IMG/VR virus record: IMGVR_UViG_3300009514_000018
Coordinates: 1,237-65,236 of that record
Origin: a virus
Length of the DNA: 64,000 nucleotides
Direction: 5' to 3' (one strand)
The translations under genes and the position numbers were made by a program. Positions 8,311 through 17,048 of the stretch are shown here, in pieces. Within the stretch, counting starts at the first letter, position 1, and each line of letters opens with the position of its first letter. The notes beneath the pieces were generated by a model. The model had not been told where the DNA came from and did no database searches. It saw only the letters and a list, made by a program, of their open reading frames with translations.

Positions 8311-11300
8311 ATGACTGAAGGAGTATACGTAAGAGAGGTCCTTGCTGAACTCATCAAGAGCGGTGAGAAGACAGCTATCGTGTCTGGCTCTCCTATCAAG
8401 TGTTCTGAGGGGAAGGTCTTGGTTGGGGGTCGGAAGGCTCTTGGGATCGTAAAGCTGGGGTCTCCCGAGAAGATCAGCGGGACTGACTTTGACGAGCGAG
8501 CTGAGGCTCACATGATCTCAAAGGCTGACAAGAAGAAGCTCTGGCCGAGGAGGAAGATTCTCTTCTTCCACGAAATCGAGAGCTTCACTCCTTTTTCTGA
8601 GGAGCAGCCTGTTTCGAGCCATGGTCAGGCTGGCAACCTCATCAAGTTTTCCTTCGTGGAGGAGGGTAAGAGACATGCTGCCGTGATGCTGGATCTCGAT
8701 GGGACAGTCCGTGAGTCTACGGGGCCTGCTCCCTTTCCTTCTTCGGCGTCCGAGGTCAGACTCATCGAGGGTGTCATTCCCGCCATGATGGCTTGGCGGA
8801 GGAAGGGATATGCCCTCTTCGCTGTCAGCAACCAGGCTGGCGTAGCGAGGGGGACCATCACCGAGGAGGATTTCTGGGACACTTACAAGAGGACTCAGGA
8901 GCTTCTTGGTCCGGCAGCCTTCGATGATGTCCGGGTGGCCTTCGGTCCTGTGGAGTCTCCCGAGAGGAAGCCATACCCGACGATGGGGCTGGAGCTGGCC
9001 GCGGCCCATGATCTCTCTTTGAGGAATTCCTTCTATGTAGGTGATCGGGATGAGGATGCCGAATTCGCTGCAAACCTCAGCGTCTACTTCATTCCCTCCA
9101 GAAACCTCACTGGCTTCACTCCTCCAGATCTTGATTCCAAGCTGGTGCCCTTCCCATCCAAGCTGGTGAAGATGCAGCGGAACGAGGTCCTCGAGGACCT
9201 CAGTGACCAGGAGCTGCTCGGTGCCCACTATTATGCTCACTCCGCCTGGAACAAGCTGAAGGACGGCGGGAAGTTCGGGGACTGGACCAAGGAGGATGTG
9301 CAGACCTTCCACGACAGGATCGTCCGCGACATGGAGAGGCGTGGTATCCCCCATGACTCTCCCCTTAAGAGTCTCTCGAAGACGCCCCAGCTTCTCCGTG
9401 ATCACATTGTGGCCCACAAGAGCAACAACCAGGAGCTTCATGATCAAGCCGTGGCTGGACTCAAGGAAGCTGGTATCGAGCATCCAGGGATGTCGGAGGA
9501 CAACTCCATGGACAAGTCCTGGGTCCAGAAGGGAGGTTTCCTTCCGGTAGGTGGCTCCGGCGTCCAGAAGGGCACAGAGGTCCTCAAGGTTGAGGACATC
9601 GTTGAGAAGCTTGCTGGTCATACGGCTCACCTTCGTATGCCCTTCGTTTACCTGACCGGTGGTCTCGTGAACCGCGGGGAGACCGAGGGGGACATCGACA
9701 TTTTGCTTCGCTGCGAGGATGGGGAGCTGGGTGACAAGCTGACTCGCCTTATCCAGTGGAGAATCCTGAGATCCCTCCCCAAGGAACAGTGGGATCGGGT
9801 AGAGTTCCTCTTCGACGAGGATCATGGTCCCTTCACGAGCCACATCCCCCTCTTCGCGCTGACCCTTACTCCCTTGGAGCCCCAGGAGATCAAGATGGCT
9901 CTGGAGAAGGCCCAGGCGGAGATTAGCAAGTCGGTGAGAGTGGGCTCCTTCTTCAAGATGGTGAAGCCTATCAAGCCCGCTAAGCCAGGTCAGCGTCAGA
10001 GCCCCGAGGCCTTCTTGGAGCTATTCACCGGGGGATGGCCCTGGGAAGTCACCAAGAAGTACGATGGGGTTCACGTCCAGGTCCACAAAAGCGGCGACTC
10101 GGTGAAGATCTTCACTGAGGATGGGACGGACATCACCTCCAAGGTCCCCGGCGTGATCAAGGTTGTCAAGGAAGTTGTTCCTGGAACAGCGATTCTGGAC
10201 GCGGAGCTGGAGAAGTGGGATGGACGAACTCACATCCCGAGAGAAGAGGCAGCAGCTTTCCTCAACTCCAAGGAGGGAGACGACATCGGTGTACTCCTCA
10301 ATGTCTTTGACATGCTGCACAACGGTCAGGATCTTACTGGTCAGCCTCTCTCAGCTCGCCGGGCCCAGATGAAGAAGGTTTCCTGGCCCCAAAGCACAAT
10401 GGGCGTCCCTTCTCACTCTGCCAGGCTCAACATGGCTCCCGCCGTAGAGGTGAAGGATAAGAAGGAACTGAGCGAAGCTCTCAGCAAGATTCGGTACTTA
10501 CCTGGGTCTGAGGGTGTCGTCGCCAAGAAGCTGGACTCTACCTATCCCACTGGGAAGGATCGGACCAACGATTGGGTCAAGTTCCACAACGTCGGGGTGG
10601 TGACCGGAGCTGTCATCGAGCGAATCGAGACCAAGACCAAGGGGGTGTACAACTACCTTCATGGTCTTCGTCGTGGCGACCGTGCAGTGGTTGATCCTGT
10701 TGTCCAGGCCGGGGAGTTCAGGGTGGTTCCAGCGGGGAAGACTTTCTCCTCCGATAGAAAGTTCGAGCCCGGAGATCTCATTCCCATCGAGTTCGAGACC
10801 TTCAACTACTTCGTGCAGGACGATGGCCAGGTGAAGGTGTCCCTCTGGGCACCCCGTATTCTGGATGAGGAGCCTGCTGAGGCTCCCCACACCATCGGTG
10901 ATGCGATGAAGATTGCTGAGAAGGAGAAGATCCTTTCCAGCAAGCTTCCTGACGAAGAAGAGCAGGAAGAAGGCAAGGAAGAGGAGAAGGCTCAGGAGGA
11001 AGTGGATAAGGCCCCCGCCGAGATCTCCGAGGAGGTAGGCCTGGAGGGCGAGGATCCTGTAGCGGCCATCGTTGGGAAGGCGGCCATGGGAGTAGGCCTC
11101 TTCGGTGCCTCCGCGTCCAGAGAGGTAGAGTCTTCCATATGGAAGTCTGCTGTGGAGGTTTTCGATGGGGACGGGGTGGTCTTTTCGGTTGGGAGGGAGT
11201 ATGAGGCTAGCGGTACTGATTTCGTTCATCTGGCTGATACTCTGTCTGCTTGCAAGGGAGGCTGGGTGATCGAGGTCGGGAAGAAGCATGGTCCCTATCT

Positions 11301-13209
11301 CGACTACATGGCTCTCAAGGGAGCTGAGGTCGCCACAGAGACAGAAGAGTCCGTCTTCTTCGCCAAGGCTGGGCTGACAACAGAGTCCTTCGATTCGGGA
11401 GGGCGTCTCGCCTCTGAGCAAGGCAACCGGTTCGAGCGGCCCTGGGAGGAGCTGGGGTGGAAGAAGCCCAGCTTCAAGAGTGGTGGTGAACCAGGAACCT
11501 TCATCCACGCGAGGGTAACGGATGATCTCTTTCCTTACCTTGCCGATGCCTGGGAAGTCCTCCTTGAGTCAGGTGGAACTCCAGAGTTCTATCCCCATGT
11601 GACTATTCTCTACAAGCCCAACGAGACGGTGGAGCTGCCAAAGGATCTTCCAGCCAATGTGCAGGTGAAGCTTGAAGCCGCCCCTGACAAGTTCAGGGGC
11701 TTCGATGGAGACAATGGGATCTGGCTTCCAGTCAGGTCGCCTCAGGCTGCGGAGCTTCATGAGCGACTCGAGGAAGAAGAGGGGAAGATCTTCACTCCCC
11801 ACATCACCATCGGCTACATCGATGATCCTGATAGGGCTCTCGGTCGCATCAGAGAGATCTTCGAAGGGGTTCAGCTGGAGTGGTTAGGAGATATCTTTGC
11901 CTCCTACCGCAAGAAGTTTTTGGAGAAGGGGAGTGACCCCTACATGGACGCTCCTCCCGAAGGAGAGGGTAGGGACTACATCTTCCAGCGACACTTTAGA
12001 GGCAAGACCGAACATATCGACTTCCGGATCAAGGGGAGCAAGGGTTTCCTTATCGGTTGGACCATCGCCGATCTCATAGCCGGGGCCATCAAAGATCCCG
12101 TGGAGACGGTCGAAGAGGCCAAAGCGATCCCCCAGAGTGCCTTCAAGGTGAACCTCGATACCGGAGAGTTCGTGCGTCGTCCTCCCCGGGAGGGTCAAAA
12201 GGAGGGGGCCCGGGCTGAGATCGTGGCTCGGAGGAAGGCACCGGAACCTCTCCCTTGGATGGAGGTCGAGGGGGTGGTTCCAGCAGGGAAGGGTACGGAA
12301 GAGGGTATCTCTCCCGGGGCGACCAAGAACTTCCCTGGTGTCTTCATCATCGACGGGAAGGGGAAGCTCCACTTCGGGACCCAGAAGCCTCACTTCCATG
12401 AGTACTTCCTCGAGGACGGCCCCATCAAGGGGCGGCTCATGTTCCGACAGCTCTCCACCGAAGCTATCGAGAAGGGCTTCTTGGAGGAGGGGGTAGTCAA
12501 GGCCATGGTTACTGTCCCCTCGGAGGAGCAGGACTTCAAGAGTGAGCTGGCCTGGTTTGCTATCCAGCCGGAGGATCAGGAACCATACGTTCTCTCCAAC
12601 AGGGCGTCCAAGCAGGGATGGATTCCGTCGAAGGGAGTGTCTGCCCTTCCTCTATGGGTGAAGAGCAAGATCCCGGATGAGTTCCAGTACTGGGCGCATT
12701 CAGAGGAAAAGAAGCGTAAAGAGGTGCGTGACGCACTCAGGGAATCCATAAAGAGGGATGAAACGAAGGTTTCTTTCGAGAAAAAGGCCGAATCAGGGGA
12801 TTTCTCTATTCAGCGACAAACTTTTCGGGGTCAGACTGTAGTCAGGGAGGGCCCTTCCCTGACGAAGTGGCACTTCACTGTACGGAACGGAGAGAAGTTT
12901 CATTTCCTCGCTGAAGGACCGGATCCTTTCAAGGAATCCGAGGCTTCATTTCTCTTGACAGAGGGTTTCCCATACGACAAGATGTTCTCTGAAGGTGATG
13001 TTCCCCCTGGAAGCCCCTTAAATGACACGAAAGACACTCCTTCCTCTATCGAAGTCGTTGATCGAGGTAAGGCTACAGTCCTTATTGACAATCTCGATGC
13101 GAAGAAGGTAGAGATCAAGGGAAAGAAGATTAACGGGGTCTTTTTCTTCCGCAAGGGGGAGGGAGATATCTGGACGATGACCAGGTCGAAGGGACCGGAG
13201 GTGGAGTGA
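8311..13209 (+). CDS. 1632-aa multidomain nucleic-acid end-repair protein (ASCH-like, HAD phosphatase, nucleotidyltransferase, ATP-dependent ligase, 2H phosphodiesterase, LigD PE-like x2)
   Basis: DLDGT, SNQAG, RKP and VGDRDED (HAD-IIIA); LTGGLV..GDIDIL (Pol-beta NTase); KYDG, LDAEL, VFDML, EGVVAK and WVKF (ligase); PHVT and PHIT (2H); FQRHFRG..HIDFR..GW (LigD PE-like). Confidence 0.85.
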   Translation: MTEGVYVREVLAELIKSGEKTAIVSGSPIKCSEGKVLVGGRKALGIVKLGSPEKISGTDFDERAEAHMISKADKKKLWPRRKILFFHEIESFTPFSEEQPVSSHGQAGNLIKFSFVEEGKRHAAVMLDLDGTVRESTGPAPFPSSASEVRLIEGVIPAMMAWRRKGYALFAVSNQAGVARGTITEEDFWDTYKRTQELLGPAAFDDVRVAFGPVESPERKPYPTMGLELAAAHDLSLRNSFYVGDRDEDAEFAANLSVYFIPSRNLTGFTPPDLDSKLVPFPSKLVKMQRNEVLEDLSDQELLGAHYYAHSAWNKLKDGGKFGDWTKEDVQTFHDRIVRDMERRGIPHDSPLKSLSKTPQLLRDHIVAHKSNNQELHDQAVAGLKEAGIEHPGMSEDNSMDKSWVQKGGFLPVGGSGVQKGTEVLKVEDIVEKLAGHTAHLRMPFVYLTGGLVNRGETEGDIDILLRCEDGELGDKLTRLIQWRILRSLPKEQWDRVEFLFDEDHGPFTSHIPLFALTLTPLEPQEIKMALEKAQAEISKSVRVGSFFKMVKPIKPAKPGQRQSPEAFLELFTGGWPWEVTKKYDGVHVQVHKSGDSVKIFTEDGTDITSKVPGVIKVVKEVVPGTAILDAELEKWDGRTHIPREEAAAFLNSKEGDDIGVLLNVFDMLHNGQDLTGQPLSARRAQMKKVSWPQSTMGVPSHSARLNMAPAVEVKDKKELSEALSKIRYLPGSEGVVAKKLDSTYPTGKDRTNDWVKFHNVGVVTGAVIERIETKTKGVYNYLHGLRRGDRAVVDPVVQAGEFRVVPAGKTFSSDRKFEPGDLIPIEFETFNYFVQDDGQVKVSLWAPRILDEEPAEAPHTIGDAMKIAEKEKILSSKLPDEEEQEEGKEEEKAQEEVDKAPAEISEEVGLEGEDPVAAIVGKAAMGVGLFGASASREVESSIWKSAVEVFDGDGVVFSVGREYEASGTDFVHLADTLSACKGGWVIEVGKKHGPYLDYMALKGAEVATETEESVFFAKAGLTTESFDSGGRLASEQGNRFERPWEELGWKKPSFKSGGEPGTFIHARVTDDLFPYLADAWEVLLESGGTPEFYPHVTILYKPNETVELPKDLPANVQVKLEAAPDKFRGFDGDNGIWLPVRSPQAAELHERLEEEEGKIFTPHITIGYIDDPDRALGRIREIFEGVQLEWLGDIFASYRKKFLEKGSDPYMDAPPEGEGRDYIFQRHFRGKTEHIDFRIKGSKGFLIGWTIADLIAGAIKDPVETVEEAKAIPQSAFKVNLDTGEFVRRPPREGQKEGARAEIVARRKAPEPLPWMEVEGVVPAGKGTEEGISPGATKNFPGVFIIDGKGKLHFGTQKPHFHEYFLEDGPIKGRLMFRQLSTEAIEKGFLEEGVVKAMVTVPSEEQDFKSELAWFAIQPEDQEPYVLSNRASKQGWIPSKGVSALPLWVKSKIPDEFQYWAHSEEKKRKEVRDALRESIKRDETKVSFEKKAESGDFSIQRQTFRGQTVVREGPSLTKWHFTVRNGEKFHFLAEGPDPFKESEASFLLTEGFPYDKMFSEGDVPPGSPLNDTKDTPSSIEVVDRGKATVLIDNLDAKKVEIKGKKINGVFFFRKGEGDIWTMTRSKGPEVE

Positions 13210-14807
13210 TGAATTTGAACACTGAAACCTTCCCGGTCGAGGTCAGCTACGCTGTTCCCATTCTGAAAGCCAGCGAGAATCCCCGGACTGGAGACTGGGT
13301 CGTTGAGGGCTTTGTTGCCACAGCCGACTTAGATCTTCAGGGGGACGTGATCACCGAGAGCGGACTCAAGGAGGGGGCCGAGACGCTCAACGAAGCCAAG
13401 ACTCTCCTCTGGAACCATGACGTAAACCAGCCCATTGGAAAACTCCTCCTTGCCAAGGTGAAGGACAATGGGATCTGGGTGCGAGCCGTTGTCGATAAGA
13501 CCTCGGAGATGGGTCAGCAGGTCTGGAAGTGGGTCAAGGAAGGGATCATCTCGCGTTTCTCGATCCGGGGAGATGCACTGGCTTCGACAAAGGGGTACAT
13601 CAAGGGTAAGCTGGTCAACCTTCTGACCAAGCTTCGCCTCATCGAAGCTTCTCTTGTCACCCTCCCAGCGAATCCAAAAGCCGAAGTAATGAACTGGTAT
13701 GTGGCCAAGTCCTTTGAGGGCTACTACAGGCCTATAGAGGAATTCTTCCACCAGGAAGTGATTCCTCTCGTTTCTACGGAGACCGGATTCGAGGGGACGG
13801 TGGAGGTGGGAAAGCTGGCCGGGGATGTTGCTGAGGGCATCGAGGCCTCCCCTACCGTGTGTAAGAACAGCGACTCCAATCCCGTGGGCGTAGTGGAGGA
13901 GGTAGCCAAGATCGATGACGGCAACCTCTATCTCAAGATCCGCTACGCTTCCTCGGCCCAAGGAACCGAAGGTGGTGTCTTTGTCCGCGGGAAGATCTTG
14001 AAGTCAGGCAATAGTGAGGTCCTGGGATTCCTTCCCCGGGGCGTATGGATTCTCGACAAGGAGACAGCCATGAACAAGAACTTGGAAGGGGCCCAGGATG
14101 CCATCAAGCAGCTGTCGGCGCTCGGTGAGCAGCTGAAGGGCCTGCAGGATCAGTTCGCAAAGATGACCGAAACCATCTCCAAGCTCAAGGTGGAGGAGCC
14201 CAAGGTGGAGCAGCACGCTGGCTCGACCAAGGCTCAGATGCCTGAGGAAGAGGAGAAGGAGTGCAAGCCTCTCGAGGAGAAGGCTCAGATGCCTCCCGAG
14301 GAGAAGCCCACCGAGGAACCCTCGGTGAAGGCGACTCCCAAGGAGGAGGAGAAGCCCCCCGAGGAGCCTTCCACGATGGCCGACAAGCCCGAGGAGAAGC
14401 CCATGGAGGAGGAGAAGGCCGAATCTCCCAAGGAGGAGAAGTATCCCCTCCCCGAGCCCAAGAATAGGGACGAGGCGAAGTCCACCCTGAAGAGGGTGCT
14501 CCTTCTCGCCGCCAGGGCTCTCAGCAAGGGCCAGTACGAAGATATTGCCAAGAAGCTCGAAGGCCTCAGCGAGGCCGAGATGGAGGAGCTGAGTAAGAAC
14601 CTCCTCGAAGAGAAGAAGGACAATACCCCCGCCGCCAGTTCCGATTCGACCGCGATCCTCGAGGCCATCAAGAGCCTCCAGGAGACCATCTCGCAGGCGC
14701 CCGCCTTCCAGAAGGGTGACTCCAAGGGTGGCAGGGTCGAGAAGAAGGGTGACGAGATTCCCTGGACTTCCGGGTTGGTGTACCCCCACTTCAACCAGGA
14801 GCAGTAG
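13209..14807 (+). CDS. HK97-type prohead protease fused to a C-terminal scaffold-like region
   Basis: VEGFVAT..DLQGD, LLWNHD, FSIRG and EASLVTLPANP motifs; E/K/P-rich coiled-coil C-terminus; TGATG coupling to the upstream gene. Confidence 0.9.
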   Translation: MNLNTETFPVEVSYAVPILKASENPRTGDWVVEGFVATADLDLQGDVITESGLKEGAETLNEAKTLLWNHDVNQPIGKLLLAKVKDNGIWVRAVVDKTSEMGQQVWKWVKEGIISRFSIRGDALASTKGYIKGKLVNLLTKLRLIEASLVTLPANPKAEVMNWYVAKSFEGYYRPIEEFFHQEVIPLVSTETGFEGTVEVGKLAGDVAEGIEASPTVCKNSDSNPVGVVEEVAKIDDGNLYLKIRYASSAQGTEGGVFVRGKILKSGNSEVLGFLPRGVWILDKETAMNKNLEGAQDAIKQLSALGEQLKGLQDQFAKMTETISKLKVEEPKVEQHAGSTKAQMPEEEEKECKPLEEKAQMPPEEKPTEEPSVKATPKEEEKPPEEPSTMADKPEEKPMEEEKAESPKEEKYPLPEPKNRDEAKSTLKRVLLLAARALSKGQYEDIAKKLEGLSEAEMEELSKNLLEEKKDNTPAASSDSTAILEAIKSLQETISQAPAFQKGDSKGGRVEKKGDEIPWTSGLVYPHFNQEQ

Positions 14808-14870
14808 AGCGAAGGCCACAAAGGCTAGTTCCCGGCCAGTAAGGCCACAAGAAACCATGGAGGACAAAAC

Positions 14871-16343
14871 ATGAGCTGGATGCTGCAGAACGAACAGCGT
14901 ATCCGCAAGGCTTTGGAGGCCTTTGAGAGTGGGGCCTTCGCGCACGGTGGCGCACTGAACCCCGAGCAGGCCAAGCAGTTCCTGCGGATCATCAGAGACA
15001 ACACGGCGGCCCTCGGCGCCATTCGCCTCGAGGAGATGGATCGTCTCCAGAAGGATATCGACAAGCTCTTTATCGGGGAGCCGGTGTCCGAGCACGTTCT
15101 CGAGGGACATGGACCTCCCGCCGCCAACGAGGTTCGCAGACCCGTGTTCGCACGGGTGCAGCTGGACTGCAACAACAAGAAGATCCGTTCCGTGTGGCCT
15201 GCCACCACGGAAGCCCTGCAGACTGGTATCGAGCGGGGCCGTCAGATGGAGCAGACCCTCTTCGAGTCCGCCGTGCAGAAGGTGGGCGACGATCAGGAGT
15301 TCCTCTTCTGGCAGGGTGATACCGCCTTCGCCGGTGGGATCACCCCCGCCGCCAAGCTCCTCGAGACCACCGACGGTATCGGCAAGATCTCCAGGGGAGC
15401 CCATATTCTCGACGCCGAGGGCGCTGTGATCTCCCACGAGCTGTTCGCCGTGGCGATCCGCACCCTTCCCAAGCACGTCATCCCCAGGCCGGATCTCCGA
15501 TGGTGGATGTCCGTGAACACCGCGATCGACTGGATGTCCGTCTTCGGTGACAGGCAGACCGGTGGCGGAGATGCGGCCATCGAGGGCAGGATGATCAAGC
15601 CCTACGGTATCCCCATCTTTTCCAAGAGCTACGATGGTGTGGAGCGCTACGGCGTGCCCCACATCCCATCGGATCTCCCCCTGCCCGTGTCCACCGACAG
15701 CCCGGCCTATGCGAAGGGCGTGCTGAACGGACCCTTCACCATCGATGCGACTCCCGGCTCTCCCACCAAGAACAATCTCCTCGAGCTGCAGCTCGATGGT
15801 GTGGCGGCTAACGTCGTGATCACGTTGCCTGCGGGCGTCTGGACTGTGTCCGAGATCGCCGGGTTCGTCAATGAGGATCTGGCTGCGGATGTGAATTACG
15901 GAATCAACTACGCTCACGTCGCCTCGAACGACGGCTTCGGCCACCTGGTCTTCGAGAGCCCCACTGTGGGCGCCGCTTCCAACATCAGCCTGCATTCCAC
16001 CACTCCGGCTGGTGAGCAGGCCTACACAACCTTCGGGTTCCCCAGCCCCGGTGTGGGCCCCATCCCTGATCCCATGTCATACGATGGTGAGACGGGAGCT
16101 TCCGGTGACGCGGTGGTTTACGAGGGCAGCTGGTTCCTCCTCTCTCCCGCCAAGCTGATGATCATGGGTCTCTATACCGGCCCCGCTGGTGGCCAGAGGA
16201 AGACCGGTCTCAGGGTCTACTCCGACTTCCGTCCCGAGGAGGATACCCTCAAGCTCTTCATCTACTGGCAGACCGATGTCAAGGTGGAGAACCTGGACGC
16301 CATGGTCCGCGTGGACAACGTCCGTCAGCTCAACCTGGCCTAA
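14871..16343 (+). CDS. Major capsid protein with an inserted domain
   Basis: Follows the protease; GGAGG RBS; GALNPEQAKQFL N-terminal motif of P2/PBSX-like capsid proteins; strong codon bias. Confidence 0.88.
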   Translation: MSWMLQNEQRIRKALEAFESGAFAHGGALNPEQAKQFLRIIRDNTAALGAIRLEEMDRLQKDIDKLFIGEPVSEHVLEGHGPPAANEVRRPVFARVQLDCNNKKIRSVWPATTEALQTGIERGRQMEQTLFESAVQKVGDDQEFLFWQGDTAFAGGITPAAKLLETTDGIGKISRGAHILDAEGAVISHELFAVAIRTLPKHVIPRPDLRWWMSVNTAIDWMSVFGDRQTGGGDAAIEGRMIKPYGIPIFSKSYDGVERYGVPHIPSDLPLPVSTDSPAYAKGVLNGPFTIDATPGSPTKNNLLELQLDGVAANVVITLPAGVWTVSEIAGFVNEDLAADVNYGINYAHVASNDGFGHLVFESPTVGAASNISLHSTTPAGEQAYTTFGFPSPGVGPIPDPMSYDGETGASGDAVVYEGSWFLLSPAKLMIMGLYTGPAGGQRKTGLRVYSDFRPEEDTLKLFIYWQTDVKVENLDAMVRVDNVRQLNLA

Positions 16344-16406
16344 ACAGCCAGTTCAAGGGAGTAGAAGGGGGGGGACTCCCTGACCGTATCGTTAGGAGGA
16401 ATCACT

Positions 16407-17036
16407 ATGGCAGAGGATTATTCTTTGACCCTGACGGGTTCGATGAGCTACTCGGTTAGAGGTCCGTCATCGGGGAAGAAATACGTTTTCAAGAAGGGAG
16501 TGAAAACTCCTGTTCACCCGAGTGACTATCATTATTTCGAAGCTCTTCCTCAGCTCTTCGAGATGCATGGGCCCGGTTCCGAAGATCGAAAGGGCCGTTC
16601 CGTCGTCCCCCTGTCCCACACTACCCTCAAGAGGGAGTACACGAAGGGACAGTCCATCCCTCAGCTCGAGGCTCTGAGCAAGTTCCGCCAGCGTAAGCGG
16701 GCGGAGAAGGCTCAGGCTCGGGCTGACTTCATGAATGCGCGGAAGCAGCAGAGCAACCAGGCTACCGAGATCGAGGTTGCCGAGCTGAGGGAGAAGAACA
16801 GGCTTCTTCGTGAGCGGGAGGCCAAGCGTTTGGCGGAGGAGGCGAAGGCTGATGATGTAGCCGCCGATGCCGAGGCTAGGGCTAAGGCCAAAGCTCCATC
16901 CAAGAAGAAAGTCACCACGACGAAGACTGCTGCAACCAAAAAAAAGAAGGCCGCCCCGAAGAAGAAGGCGACCGCCACTAAGAAGGCGGCTACCACCAAA
17001 AAGGCTTCGAAGGCGAAGAAAACTGCAGCGAGCTAA
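16407..17036 (+). CDS. Head-module protein with Lys/Ala-rich histone-H1-like C-terminal tail
   Basis: C-terminus KKKVTTTKTAATKKKKAAPKKKATATKKAATTKKASKAKKTAAS. Confidence 0.75.
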   Translation: MAEDYSLTLTGSMSYSVRGPSSGKKYVFKKGVKTPVHPSDYHYFEALPQLFEMHGPGSEDRKGRSVVPLSHTTLKREYTKGQSIPQLEALSKFRQRKRAEKAQARADFMNARKQQSNQATEIEVAELREKNRLLREREAKRLAEEAKADDVAADAEARAKAKAPSKKKVTTTKTAATKKKKAAPKKKATATKKAATTKKASKAKKTAAS

Positions 17037-17048
17037 GGATGATAGAAC

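Noticed and set aside
14004-15995. Long antisense ORFs (also 1561..2793, 8518..9843, 22595..24427, 29119..30846, 56111..57139, 62515..63510)
   Set aside because: Expected shadows of GC3-biased genes on the opposite strand; no motifs or RBS.
16356-16381. Hairpin AGGGAGT..ACTCCCT after the capsid gene as an intrinsic terminator
   Set aside because: Short stem, long loop and no U-tract.
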